Below are positions 11,176-25,073 of a stretch of 64,000 nt of DNA, in pieces (position 1 is the first letter of the stretch; each line of letters starts with the position of its first letter). Made by a program: the position numbers and the translations under genes. The stretch lies in assembly GCF_009914755.1 (NCBI RefSeq), contig NC_060935.1. The stretch is one strand, 5' to 3'. Under the pieces are notes generated by a model that did no database searches, had not been told where the DNA came from, and worked only from the letters and a program-made list of their open reading frames with translations. The DNA comes from the human T2T-CHM13v2.0 reference genome, Homo sapiens.

Positions 11176-14100
11176 GAAGGACAGGGGCTCCCTAAAAAGG
11201 GGACAAAGCTAGAGAGAGAAAATAGTGTTTAGTGAAGAAGACTGTCAACATTCTTTTGTGACTCAAAGTTTACGGCCACGGATCAGCCTGTTGTTCTCTG
11301 GCACCTCTCAGTATCTCTCTACTTGAAAAAACAAAAAATACAGGAGGTGTGCCTAGAAAGCTGGACTTATAATGCATCTTTCCTTCAATGTCAGCAGTAA
11401 ATCCAGACGGTTTTGAAGACCTTGGGAAAAATTCGGTGGACAGATCACCAAAGTTGGCACTAACTCTTGCCAAAAGTCTGGCTGGCACCAATGCACAGAC
11501 CAAATTGGCCATAAAAACCTCACTGTAGTCTTGTTCCTCTCAAAGGAAATCATTTTGCGATCAACAATGAGGCTTACCCAGAGGCCAGTCTTAGGGGCAG
11601 GCCTAGAATTTTGAGCTTAACTCAATTGCACGGTTTAGGGCAAGAGTTTCATGTTTCAGATGTGCAGTCAAGTAATTTGATCCCATCAGAGTTTTAATGT
11701 CTCCTAAAAAATCCAAAGTGTTAAATCCTTTTTCCCAGCCTCCCCGAGAGCAATCAGGGGGTGCTTTTTTTCCAGCTCCCAATCTCCTCCCTCCAGTTTC
11801 TTATTCTCATACTCAAACAGTTACTAAGTGACTAATTTAATACATTGGCTACACGTCTTAATCCCAAAGTCTGATTATAATCTGTGTTCTAAAGTAGTGC
11901 CCAAGCACTTATCCTGTTCTCTTTGAAAAACACTGAGAAAGAAGACATACAAGGATAGTGAAAGTGGAATATTTAGAAATGGTGCTTTATTTCAGGGCCA
12001 ACACTATTATCATGAACCCCTATAAACTTGAGAACATTTTCACCCAAGCAAATTCCACAACTCCAGTAAAAGACACATCACTGAGAGTTACACTGTCTCA
12101 GGCAGCAGGCAAGGAGCTAAGTGTTTATTAAGTCTCTGCCCCTGGCTACCAGGTTAACAGAGACTCAATCCTTCCCTCCCTGTGTCTCCCTTGGGAGAGA
12201 GCAAAACCCTAAAAACTTCTTCACAAGAATAAAACAGACACACCAAACTTAAAGGCACGAAAAAACTTATAGTGATGATGGACTACATATCACTATTAAA
12301 ACTGCAGAAGCTCATGTTAATGTTTTAGAGGCAATAAAGACACACAATATTATTAACAATAATAGCCACCATACATGGAACATTTAGATACTGCACTAAG
12401 TGCTTTACTGGGCACTAAGCATTATCTTCTATAACCCTCACCATTACTTTTTGAAGCATATATGATTATGATCCCTGCTATAAAGATAAGACACTAGTAG
12501 TAGTTCTGGGTATACTTTTTTTTTCTTTTTGGAACTTCTCAAATGACTTCATTTTTAAATATGTTAATGGTGCCCAGATTTCTGCTTAGCAACAGTCACT
12601 CTATTCTCAAATGCTCCCTCTAAAATACAAACCTTCATTCTTTCCCTCTCTCTCTCTTTCATGTTCTTTTGTTTACCGTTTTATGAAGATGTTAAGCTCA
12701 ACCATGGTTCCTGCAGCCTGTGGTACAGCACCCTGCAAAACAGTGCTATCTGTTTATAACATGGCACGACCCTTCCTGCAGAGTGTGAGACCAGAACTAA
12801 AATCCACTAATGACTAGACAGCTCATTTTAATTCTACACTTGACAAAATAAACCCCTCATAAAGACAGGCAGGCAGAAGCTACTTCTCACTCTGGACTGC
12901 TTTGTATTAATAATCTTTAAAAAGTGGCTGAAGGGAACAGGCCCTAGCATACAAAAAACGCAATTATGGCATAAAGAGATTGGGATAAAAAGCAAAACCC
13001 CTTATTTAAAGTTAAATTATTTTTTCCCTCCAATGGGGGGTACCTGTCACTAATGGTCTGTCTTAGACCACTGCTGAATTGCAAAGGTTCTTTCAGTGCA
13101 AATCCTGGCTGCACTAGTGGGATCTCACTGAGCCCATCTGAAAAACCAGGGCACTTGATTTCCCTAAAACCAGCTCCCAAAAGGGCTCATTTTTTTTTGT
13201 TCTCTTTTGTCCACAGAAAATGAAGCTCCACTTACATGTTGGAGGAAATATTTCAAAACATTCCCTTTTTTCTCAAAGTGCAAAATTTATAGTAACAGAT
13301 AATTAACAACAAATGACAAACAATCTGAGCAGTAAAGGTCCCAGTTTGGTTGCCAAGATGATGGGATCAAATTCCAAGATAAACAGTGGAGCGTGCCGAC
13401 AGCCATTAACATCGTGGTGGGGTCGAGATGGAGAGATGCAAAACAGGGGAGCCATCCACCACCACCGAGGGGCACAACGTGGAGCAAACAGACTCCCACG
13501 GGATTATTATTTCCCTTCCGAATTCTCAGGAGGATCAGTTGCAAGAGGGGTTAGAACAGGACTCACACCACTGTACCAAACAGGATACCCAAGCCTTTAC
13601 ATGTATTTTACATGAAGAAAGCATTAGACTTTTTGAATTGCATTATGGAAGAATTAAGAATTAATATCCTTTAGGAGTCAACACCTCCTAGCCTGTTTGT
13701 TCTTTCCTCACCATTCTTCTCTCTAAGTTTATTGAGTCAAGAAAGGTTTCAATGCTACCGGCTGTACCCAAAATGTATGGGTGAAGAATAAAGTGAAAAC
13801 AAGTTAACCTGTAAAAGTCAGAATTTGAGCACAACATATGGTAAGTCTCCCAGATACTAACAGATGGCGAACCTTGGGAAATCACAACTTCAGATAGTCT
13901 TACATCTCTCGAAAGTCAGTTCAGAGTTCACTATTTGTCAAATGATTTTTTAAAAAATATTGAAATACAAGCCTAAAAGTTTTGAATTACCCCAAAAATC
14001 ATTCCTTCTCAGAGATCAACATAGGTCAAAGTATCAAAAGTTGCTATCCTGATCCTTTCATATGCTAGATTCATTGGTATATTGAGTCGGCACGTGTACC

Positions 14101-14352
14101 CTAGAAAGCCAAGTTGCAATTTTGTCTCATCTCCCTGTTGACTGAAGTCTAGGGATGCTGACCTGCTCCCGGTGCTAAAGTCAAGCCCAAGGTCAGGACA
14201 TCGTAACTGACAAGGAAGAGTTATGATCTCACAAACACATCTGCTATATATTCCCTCCTACTTTTTCCCTCTCTCCTTCACAAATACGCCCATTTCTCCT
14301 CTTGTTCCCTCTATAAAATTCATCTTCCCATTATATTCCCTGCCTACCTGCC

Positions 14353-14688
14353 TTGGGCTGTTTGAGATGCTATTAACAAAATAGCGTAGACTGGGTAGCT
14401 CATAAAAGACATGCATTTATCTCTCACAATTCTGGAGATTGGAAAGTCCATGATCAAGGCAGATTCAGTGTCTGCTGATGGCCCAATTCCCAGGTCACAG
14501 GCAGGCATCTTTTCACCGTAACCTCATATGAAAGAAGAACAAGGGGTTACTCTGGGGCCTCTTTTATAAGGGTTCCATCCTCATGAGAAAATCACCTCTG
14601 AAAGTCCCCACCTCCTAATACCACCACCTTGGGAGTTAGGATTTCAACATATGCATTCTGGAGGGGTACAAATATTCAAACCATAGCA
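14353..14688 (-). mobile_element. MST/MLT1A-type ERVL-MaLR solo LTR
   Basis: TTTATCTCTCACAATTCTGGAG...GTCCATGATCAAGG...CCCCACCTCCTAATACCACCACCTTGGG...ATTCAAACCATAGCA. Confidence 0.8.
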
Positions 14689-17380
14689 CTATCCAAGCAG
14701 AACCAGTACATAAAAGTCGTATCATTCTTAAACATAGAATGTATTAAATAAAAGGTGCTAAGAGCAATAGTTAAGATTTTATGATTAAAAAATCGAATAC
14801 AGTTTGATAGGCTTCGGTGGTTATCTTTGAAGTCTCCAGGCAAAGCAAAATAAAACAAACTGGAGAAAAATTTCCCAAAACTCAGGACTTAAACGAGCTA
14901 GTAAAATGCCTATGTCATAGAAGAAGGCTAACTCTTTCAGTAAATTAGGGAAACAGGCTGAGCTTGCTTAGCTGGTGGGAGACTTAATTTTTTTCTTGAT
15001 TTCAGTTTAAAGTCTTTGTTCAAAACATATTTTAAACTAAGTGTACAAATATGTACAAGGTTTGAAACTTGGTCCTTGGCCCAAATACCTAAAGCCAAAT
15101 ACCACAAGTAAGCCACTTTTCTTAGCCAATCAGTATAAATGCCAAAAAAGCCCACAGCAAGACAGGAAAGGATATTTTTCCAATCCAAGAATTATCAAAT
15201 CTTTGAGCTGGAAGGTTTCAGAGACAGTCTGTACAAAGAAATAAGTGAGTTTCAGTAGAGTCCATGTTTTGATGTAGAGTCCTGCAGTTTTTTAAGGAAG
15301 CCACTACCAACAGAGGAACTTCGGTAATGGTCTAATTCTCACTTAGGATTTTAAAGCTCAATACTATCAAATGTGAAAAAGTTATCTGTTCCCTATATTC
15401 CATGGTGATGTTAGCTTTCTTTTTCTTTTTTTTTTTTTAAACTAGTTTCAACAGCTCTGAGGCTTAATAAAAACTTGCACAAAAATGTAAATCAACTAGA
15501 GAAGCTTATATTCTTGATTTGTGGTAAAGAAGAAAAAAATAAAAAAATCTGCAAAAATGCATTTTCTTATTTGCATATATTTTGTCCCTTCTACAGGGAC
15601 AGAAATTGAATAAAACCAATCTTCAAAGAAAAATAGAATAAAAATATGCAGACCCAAATAATGCAGGAGCCAATAAATTCAACAGAGTTTCCTCTTTGCA
15701 GAGTTAGTGTTTCCACACAGACAAAGCTTCTAAGTGTACCTTTTACATTAAATAACAAAAAAAGAAAAAAAAAGAAGACCAAGATGGTGGTCTGCAAAAT
15801 TGCAGCAGTTTTGTCCATACTGATATTGAAATAATAGTCTAACCATGCTAGGATAGCTACTTAAACATCTAGTTTCCAGTAAGCTATGAAAGTCTAAAAG
15901 GGAAAAAGACATGGGAAGGAAAGAGCTAAGGCAATACTGAAAAAGAAGAAAAACAAACTGATGAATAGATCTTCCAAGACTCAGTAAGCTTCTCCTTTTT
16001 GGAAACAGTTCAGAATAATCTAGAGTTTGCTGTGCAGGATGCAGTAGATTTAGCAGCATTAGCTTTGTTTCTACATCTTAAAATCTCATCTTCATAAGCT
16101 TTGAAAGCTTAGAATTAAAATCGAGTATGTTGCAAACACAAACTACCTATTTCATTACAGCCTGTTTGGCTTGTCTTGCCACTTGAATAATTTTTACCAA
16201 AATATCCCCATGAAAGAAGTTTAGAAAACAAAAATTGTATTTAGAGCAGGAGATAGATAGATTCAGTCTGTAAGGAGAGGTGATCTGATGGCTCCTAGTT
16301 GCAGGATATGTCTATGAGTTGACGATGACTATGCTTTCTCTATGAGTCGTTCTTTATCCCTACAAATGTAGGTAACTTTCCAAACCCAAAATCCAGGTAT
16401 AACATAGAAGATAGGATTTGTTTTATTTCATCAAAATTCTTTACCCTCCCAGAAAGTCAAGTAGCCAACAAACAAATAAACAAAAACCACTGTCCAATTA
16501 TGCAACATACAGCTAGGGTTCTAGGAACAAATTCCTATGGACAAAAAGCAAATCTAATTTTAGATTGCTTCTTTAATGCTTGAGTGCAAACAAAGAAATG
16601 TACAGAATAGGGAAAAAGTCAGCTCTAAAATGAAGTCCAACTGTCACGGACCACAAGACAGGTGCCCTCAGGGAGTGTATAGGAAAAAGAACGTATTTTT
16701 AAGAATAAATGAGAGAAGAAAATAAAAATATCCAGTGTTTATATATAAAGTGCAAACTAAAAGGACAATTCAGCATTTCTATGATGAATTTCAGATTGAG
16801 AACATTTTACAAATTATGGCCATGCTAATGTGCAGGACAGTGATGAATCTGTAATGAAAATAAGAAAGTGGCTTACCAAGAAAGAAGTGTATGTTTAGAA
16901 TTTTTTTAAAACAGCAAATGCAGCCCAACTCTGTAACAAAATAAATTTCTACCTTGTTAGTAAGTGCCATTTTACAGAGTCCCAGACATTCATTCATTCA
17001 TCCACTGATATGACTTTTCCTCTGTGTGAGCGTTAGGGGTCATTTCTCTTCTCTCACCACCATATCCCAATGATGTCTCTATTATATTCTTTCCCTAAAG
17101 AATATGACTAATGATGTGGGATTTGTGTTCTTAATTTTACATGGACAAATGTAAAGGTAAGGAATAGGAGAAATCCCAGACTGTTAAAAGGGGAAGAGAT
17201 GATGCTAAGACCATTACGTCTATTGGCTGGTAAGGAACCTGAAATTCAGAGAGGCCCTACTTGCTAAATATCAGAGCTGATTAGTGATCACGACAGGACT
17301 AGAATGCAGATTCCCTGAAACGCTATCAAGAAGTCTATTACTGTATACTCTTTTAGCTTCCCCAAATGGATTTGAAAATA

Positions 17381-18781
17381 CAGTCATGAGCTGCATAATG
17401 ACATTTTGGTCAATGACAGACCACATATATGAAGGTGGTACCATAAGATTACAATGGAGTTGAAAATTTTCTATCGCCTAATGACATTAGCTGTCATAAT
17501 GTCATTGTGGTGTAACTTATTACTCATGTGTTTATGGTGATACTGGTGTAAACAAACCTGCCCTGCCAGTGGTATAAAGTATAGCACATCCAATTATGGA
17601 TAGTACATCATATTTGACAATGAAATAAATGACTCTATCACTGGTTTGCTTATTTGCTGTATTATACTTTAGTTGTTATTTTAGAGTGTACTCCTTCTAC
17701 TTATTAAAAAAACAAAAACAAAGTTAACTAAAACCCTGGCTGCCTCAGGCAGGTCCTTCAGGAGGTATTCCAGAAGAAGGCATTGTCATCACAGGAGATA
17801 ACAGCTCCATGCCTGTTACTGCTCCTGAAGACCTTCCAGTGGGACAAGATGTGCAGGTGGAAGGCAGTAATATGAATGATCCTGACCCTATGTAGGCCTA
17901 GGCTAATGTGTGTTCATGTCTTAGTTTTATACACACACACACATTTTTTATTTCAATAGCTTTTGGGATATACGTGGTTTTTGGTTACATGGATAAATTG
18001 TTATAGTGATGAAATCTGAGATTTTAGTGCACCCATCACCTGAGTAGTGTACAATGTATCCAACATGTAGTTTAAATCCTTCATTCCCTTCCCACCATGT
18101 CTTAATTTTTAACAAAAAGCTTAAAAAGCAAAAAAATAAAAATAAAAAAGTTTGGTACAAAAGCAGCTTATAGAATAAGAATATAAAGAAAGAAAACATT
18201 TTTGTACAGCTGTACAATGTATTTGTGTTTTAATCTGGCTTATAAAAGAGTCAACAAGTTTTAAAAAATTAAAAAGCGTATAAAGTAAAAAAGCTACAGT
18301 AAGCTGTTTCTTACTTTATTGTTGAAGAAACAAAAATATTGTTTATAAATTTAGTGTAGACTGTTTATAAAGCCTACAGTAGTGTTTAGTAATGTCCTAG
18401 GCCTTCACATTTACTCACCGCTGACTCACTGACTCACTCAGAGCAACTTCCAGTCCTATATGCCCCATTCATGTAAGTGCCTATAGAGGTGGACCATTTT
18501 TAATTTTTTATACTCTACCTTTCTTATACCTTTTCTGTGTTTAGATATATTTAGATACACAATAGTTATTATTGTGTTACAATGGCCTACAGTATTCAGT
18601 ACAGTAGGATGCTATATAGGTTTGTAGACTAGGAGCAATAGGCTATACCATATAGCCTAGGTGTATGGTAGGTTATACCATCTACGTTTGTGTAAATATA
18701 CTCTATGATGTTTGCACAAAGACGAAATCGCCTAGAAGATGCATTTCTCAGAATGTATCCCTGTCATTAAGTGACACCATA
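17381..18781 (+). mobile_element. Tigger3/Golem (TcMar-Tigger) DNA transposon, near full length, interrupted by L1
   Basis: Starts TA-CAGTCATGAGCTGCATAATGACATTTTGGTCAATGAC; ends GCATTTCTCAGAATGTATCCCTGTCATTAAGTGACAC. Confidence 0.85.
17929..18095 (-). mobile_element. Short L1PB-type 3' end inserted in Tigger3
   Basis: TTTTATTTCAATAGCTTTTGGG...GGTTACATGGATAAATT...GTGCACCCATCACCTGAGTAGTGTACA; flanked by TSD CATGTCTTA(G/A)TTTT at 17915-17928 and 18096-18109. Confidence 0.8.
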
Positions 18782-19599
18782 CTTCTTTAAAAATTTCCAA
18801 TCAGTTATAAGACGACGAAGTAGGCAACACTGTTCTCATCTTCCCACACTTGAGCAAGTTGAGTTATACTGAACCAATGAACAGCCTTTGGCCTATTCCT
18901 TGATTGCAATATAAAATAGAAGAAGGTGCTACCCAAGAAAGTGAGTACAAAAGAAAATAGAAGATTTGCATCAGATCAAGACTTTAAAGCAAATATTACA
19001 GGCCAGGCATAAGGACTTGGAGACAAATTACATTTTTTATCAATTTAAAAAAGTTTTAATCATAAAAGTGTTACATACTTGTTGTAAGAATAATTCAAAT
19101 TATATGAAAGTATAAGAAATAAAAAGTAAAAGGTCCTTATCCAACACTCCCTCCTGCAAATTCAGTTCCAAATGTATTCCCTAAAAATCACCAGTAATGT
19201 TATTTATCCTTCCATACACTTTTATATAGTTATTTAGCCAAATGACACCTTTTCTATAACACTCTTCTGTAACATTGTTTTTATACGTAAGCATATCTAA
19301 TACAGAACTAAAACAAACATTTACTTCCTACCACATTCTTGAACTGAATAAGAATGAAATCTCAGATCAGACAAACAAAATCTTGTAGTACTTTGGCATG
19401 AAATAATCACCCAGATACCCTAAAAGCTACAGATTTTTTTTTTAACTAGCGATGGCCAAGCAACACTGACAGATACTACACAATACAAAATAAAACAAGT
19501 TGGACTTGTCAGGTTTCATATAGCCAAGTAGTTTAGAAAGGAAAATGTTAACAACTTATCTCATACTCATCAGCTGGTAGACAATACCATATATATTAT

Positions 19600-19820
19600 C
19601 ATAAAATCTATTTATCAAGTGGTATCTTTTGGGCACTATATGTCATTATATATCATTTCATTTAATGCTCACAACCATATTAAAGGGTCATTAAACCTAT
19701 TTTACAGATGAGAAGACAGGTTCAACAATTTTTCCATCATCACCCAGCCACGCCAGTAACTGGCAGGATCAGTATTTGTATACAGATCGCTGATTTCAGA
19801 CCATATTCTCAGCTACCATG
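19600..19820 (-). mobile_element. MIR SINE
   Basis: CATTTAATGCTCACAACC...CTATTTTACAGATGAGAAGACAGG. Confidence 0.65.
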
Positions 19821-20321
19821 TGTATATTGTCCTCATTCCCCAGCCCAAGCTGTGCCTTTTGCACTCAATCCTGGTTAATTACAGATAGCGCTTGATGTTT
19901 TTGTTTTAACCACAGATAGAGATAGGAAGTCTAAGAAACTGACTGGGGTACAGAGAACCTAGGTCCAGCTCATGTGGAGGAAGGCCACTGTGATTCCACA
20001 GACAGCAACCAGTCAGCACTCAGCTCACAAGATTCCATCCCCGCCTTGGGACTGCCACTCCCGTGGAGTAACTGGAGGTGGATGAGACACTCCTAGGCTG
20101 TTTATAATCTTGAAAGGCACTAAACCAGGACACTTGCCAACCCTGACAAACCAAAATCCCACCTAGAAAAGTTTCCATGACTCTTTGCTGCTCATAGCTC
20201 CATGAGGAAGAAAGGACAAGATTTAGCAATGACTTTATTTATTCATTTGTATACACTCCACTGCTTTTCAAATGAATTGGCAGTTTAAAATTAAAAACCC
20301 AGAATCAATGAAAAAATTATT

Positions 20322-20580
20322 AATGATAACAGCTAACATTTATTGAGCATAGACTATGTATGTATAAGCATTAACATGTAATACTGTTTCATCCTTCTAT
20401 CCTCCACAGCCTTTTGAGATAGGCATTACTTTTATGGTCCAGATCTTACAGATAGAAAAATAAAACATAAGGAAGTTAGAGTATGTATTCACAGTTGGTT
20501 ATACAGCTAGTCAGTGGTGCAAGCAAATGTTAAACCCGGTAATCTGATTCCACAGGTGATGTTGACCACTATGCTAACCT
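20322..20580 (-). mobile_element. MIR SINE
   Basis: AACAGCTAACATTTATTGAGCA...TTACAGATAGAAAAA...CAGCTAGTCAGTGG. Confidence 0.65.
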
Positions 20581-22244
20581 GCCTCCACAGAACCAGGGTA
20601 AAAGAACAAGTGCAGTGTAAGATTCAAGGGGTGTTAACAACAGAAGGCGCAGATAAGGAAAGTGGCTAAAACTGAAAACAAGGCTTGATTTGAGTTCCCT
20701 AGTCGTCAATCCTTAAAGAAAAACATGAAGAATTAACCTGAGTAGGGTATCCTATTGTCCTATGGCATTCCAATAACACGGGGATTTCAATGCTAAAACT
20801 GAAATGGCTGGATACCCTACTAATAAAGTTTTGTAACATTTGATTAGGCCTCAGATTATGAAACACATACAAAATCTTTATGGTGTTTTCAGACCTACAT
20901 TGGCTCCTTCAGCACCTCCTCCCACCATCATTAAAAATACTAAATAATTTTTCTTATCATTCTGCTTGGGAAAGATGAAGGGGTTGTGGAAAAATGAAAC
21001 CCTGTTAATTGCTGGGCTTCAATCATCACATCTATTAGTATGCTCAAGAGTCTGGGTAAGTGAGGCACACAAATTCTAGGTTAAATTTTGCTCTGCCAAC
21101 TCCAGCTGTGCTTTAATTTTCTTTCCCAAGGTCATACAGGATTGCTTTCTAAAAAAAAAAAACTTCCCTCCATAACAAGCAGAGATTCAAGCCAGTCATT
21201 CTTAGAGAGCTTGGTGGTAATCTTGTCAGAACTCAGAGATGAAAACTAAACCAATGCTTCTTAAAGCTGTTTGAAACATCAGCTCTGAAATCAGCAATGA
21301 GCTTCATGAAGATGGGGACTGGGTCTTATTTATTTTTGTTTCCTTAATAGCATCGCCTTGCAAATAAACATTGTCTTAACTGCAATCTTAATCTTAGCAA
21401 GTCAGAGCTAAAAAGATCCTTAACCATCATTTGGTGCAAATATTTACAGATGAGTAAACTGAGACTTGGAAAAGAAAATTTGTTAGTCACAAAGCTGAGC
21501 TGAGACTAATTGAATTAAATGGGAAGTGAGCTCTTCCTAATTAAGGTGAAAAACCCCAACTACCATCACAAGGCTGTAGAAAAGAAAGTAAGACATCATT
21601 AAAGGGATAGGGTTTTTAACTATAATCCAAGTGATCTGTCAGGGGTCTTCAGAAATCTCAAGTGTAAGTGAAAAAAGGAAGCAAATAATTTAACAATCCC
21701 ATGCAAAATAAATGAGCAACTACGCAAGTGGAAAAGACAAAATATCTTTACCTCGGGGAGAGGAGCAAAGTTCTGCCATGACATGTTGAAATTTTCAGAA
21801 AAACTGAAGACATTTTAGACTAAATATTTTATAGATATTTTCTAGCCAATTAAAGTTTCTAATTAGATTAAGGCCAATTTTTGTTTCTTAACATAACAGA
21901 AATATGACATGATTAAATCCAACCAAGATCCCTGACCACCTACCATAGGTCAGTCACTGTGTGAGGCCATCAGGCCTACAAAACAATGGCATGTTCTCAA
22001 GCAAGAAAGAGTAAAGCCAGGGAAAAGGTAAGCCAGCCTCCTGACAACACGTACCATCATGAAAACATTCAAAATGTCAAGAACTGACAGAAAAATTCCA
22101 GTGAAAATCTCCAAGCATCAATCTATTCTCTCTATTCAATGCATAATCAAATCAATGGATCAATTGACCAGTGTTTTTGAGCATCTGTCACCTGCTCAGA
22201 AGAACAAGCCTTTCTTTAAGAAGTAAAAAATTAAAAGAATAAGA

Positions 22245-22312
22245 GACAGATAGGCAGATAGATAGATACAGATAGGTAGATAGGTAGGTAGGTAGACAGA
22301 GAAACAGACAGA
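22245..22312. repeat. Degenerate (GATA)/(GGTA)/(GACA) tetranucleotide microsatellite
   Basis: GACAGATAGGCAGATAGATAGATACAGATAGGTAGATAGGTAGGTAGGTAGACAG. Confidence 0.85.
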
Positions 22313-24515
22313 TTAAGAAAAATAATAATGGAGGTGGTATAAAGTGTTGCCAAGTAACTTGGGCAGGCATGATCATTTTGGATTGGAAACGGATAGGTAG
22401 AAAAGGCTTAAGTGGAGGAACCTAAACTAGCTTTGAGGCATTTGATGAGCAGAGCGTAAATGTGTTACGCTCTGTAAGAAACAGTGATGGCAATGGCACC
22501 AAGATGGAAGGTGCTAAGATGTGTTCAGATGACAGGGAGCCAAACTGTGTGGCTGAAGCAGAGGGTTCAGATGGGAAGCCCTTATTGGCAATAAAAGTGA
22601 AAAGGTACACTGGAACTAGCCTGTAGAAGAATCCTCTATTCCAAGATCAGGAGTCTGGTGAAAGCACTACACAGCTGTCTAGGTTGCCCCATTTTCAAGC
22701 CATTTTTTTCAAAAGAGGTATAATTTGATCCTTCAAATTTGTTATGGCTAGATAAAAGCAGATCAACTTTAAAGTTACATGATTTTTAAAATATCTCTGT
22801 GCATTCACAGTTCGCCAGTGGAATCTTGAGGCCAAGAACAAGTGAGCAGATGTCTGCAGACTTGAGAACTAAGCTGAGGTTCCCCAGCAGTCATTTTCCA
22901 AGGAATCTGGGCAAAACACACTTTGTTTTGCTTGAATGGAAACAGCATCTACAAAGTTCCTTGTAGTTCTTTAATACAAAAACATAACACCAGCAAAACA
23001 GAACTGAAGCTATTCTAAAGTATGGCTTACACAAATATTGTAACATATTTGAAGAAAAACAAGTAAATAGAAACAGTAGAATAAAAAGAATATTTGAATT
23101 AAACAGATATTTATTGTTCAGAAAAGCTATTTTAACAAAGAAAAACTTTATCCATTTTTCCTTAAAATCATGTTAGCGATCCTTCATAATCATGAATATA
23201 TTCTCATTTAAAGAACGTATAAAGTTCTTTCAAATAGTTTAGCAGTAACCACTTACAAGGATTGTCTTTTCCTTTTTTTTTTTTTTTTTGGTCACTCAAG
23301 CATGCTGCTTTAAAACGGCTGCTTTGCAGAAATCTCATCATAGGTAACTGACTCGCTCTCCAGAATATACTTGCAAAGCAACATCCTAGTATTTACACTA
23401 ATATCCAGGCAGTCAATGGAAAGACCCTTTTGTTTGGTTAGCGTTTGTAAATTCCAGGGTGGGGGGGTGTGTGTATTTGGGGTGTCCTACTATTTTTTTT
23501 TAAATGCTCATGTAAAACAATTCCTAAAAAAAGAGCTTGTGACTTGGACATGCCCCGAGTTCAATTCTTCCAGGAGTGGTAAAAACAGTCAACAGAGCTC
23601 TAACCTCCTTTCTATCTTGACTATACAATAGTTTTCAAAGAGGTTTAGTCCTACTATGAAAGACTCATGTTAGACATTGGAAGGGTCTCATAGAGAATGA
23701 GCACCAGGCCTTGAATAAACAAGAGAGATGGTGACCTTTTGCTCCCTTCTTCTGAAAGCCCAGCACATCCTGTAGCAGAGGACCAGAAAAAAGTTGATGT
23801 GCAACCAGGTGCTGCAAAATCCTTGCCTCTGGGTTTCTGCCACACTTTGCTCCTTAAACAGTTTAAACCTCAACATGACTTAAATAGTATTAGGGAGTGA
23901 GAGGAAAGTACAATTCCTGGAACCAACTGTTCCACTGTCCCTTATTCCTTTGTTCCCCATATTGTTTGAGTCCTGTAGCATGCAGCACACGTTTCACTAG
24001 CAACAGGCAAGACAATGGATCTAGCAGTAGCTGGACAATTAGTCCCAATTAGGCCTATTTCCCAGCTGAATGTAAAGGGCTAGTGGGGTGAGGTGTGGGA
24101 AAAAAAAAAAAAACTACAGAAATTTTAAAGAAATATTTCAGAATGGAGGCAAGCAATACAATGTAAAGCAAATTGAACTAGGGGTCAGGAGTCTCAGGCA
24201 AATTCGCTGTGTGGCAAATACTTTAACCTCTCTGTTCTTTTCCGTTCTTATCTATAAATAGGGGCAACCAACCACCAGTCCTCAGAGGCTCTGAAAATCT
24301 AATTTCAATTGTGGTTGAAAGTGCTCTGAAAATTTGAAATGTTACACAGATGTATGGGATTCCTCCTGAGCTGTATTTGAAACCACAGATATCCATCTGA
24401 TTTGTAAATCATTTACCTTTTAGTCTCCCTAGCAGAAGTTAATAGTGAATGCTTTTCTTTTTTTCTTTTTATTTTCTTGATTGCTAATTTTGTTAAGTTC
24501 ATAAGCGATACTTAC

Positions 24516-24643
24516 ATATGTACATGTGGAGGCTGGAATCTGCTCTGGTTGATGTTGTAGTGCGTGAATGCCTGGGTGGGGTTTGAGCTGTACTCATCCA
24601 CCGTTATGGTAACTTTGCCTTGAGAAGGAATCCCATGTGCCAT
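24516..24643 (-). CDS. MPPED2: MPPED2 first coding segment (128 nt, codons 1-42 plus 2 nt of Met43)
   Basis: Minus-strand translation MAHGIPSQGKVTITVDEYSSNPTQAFTHYNINQSRFQPPHVH(M) matches the MPPED2 N-terminus as I recall it. ATG at 24643 in strong Kozak context (AGGATGG). Ends phase 2 at donor AT|GTAAGT (GT at 24515-24514). Confidence 0.96.
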
Positions 24644-24764
24644 CCTTCCTCCCTATAGGCATGAGCAATTCACAACTTTACAGAGCAAAAGATGGAAGCA
24701 GGCATGGTGCGTTTCAGCCAACCTCTGAATCCAAGGATCTACTCATCAATACCGCTGTGCATTT
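24516..24764 (-). other. MPPED2: MPPED2 249-nt exon (121 nt 5' UTR + 128 nt CDS)
   Basis: Acceptor TTTTTTTTTCTTTCAG|AAATG (AG at 24766-24765) and donor AT|GTAAGTATC. Confidence 0.93.
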
Positions 24765-25059
24765 CTGAAAGAAAAAAAAAATGTATATAAAATGAGAACA
24801 AAGAGAAAAAGGGTGTTCTAAGAGACATAAATTTAACATCTAGACATGAAACTAGTTCAGGGAAAATCTGAATATGTGTTGTTGGCTCATGGATACAACT
24901 GTTCCCAACTCTCTTCCCTTCATGCACTTCAAAGTGGATATTACACTCTATACATATTGCTGGGTGCTAGCAAAGCTTCTCAATGGAGTTCAAACTAAGA
25001 TTTCCTCTTTAATTATAATTATGGCACTTAGCGTGAATTACGGAAGGGGCATATCCACC

Positions 25060-25073
25060 GTTGCCATGGCATC
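25060..25073. promoter_or_regulatory. RFX X-box motif
   Basis: GTTGCCATGGCATC, 13/14 identical to the palindromic X-box GTTGCCATGGCAAC. Confidence 0.55.

Noticed and set aside
20908-20916. RE1 left half-site TTCAGCACC
   Set aside because: No GGACAG right half nearby; expected by chance.
24644-24764. Possible N-terminal extension of MPPED2
   Set aside because: In-frame TGA TGA and TAG lie upstream of the ATG within this exon.
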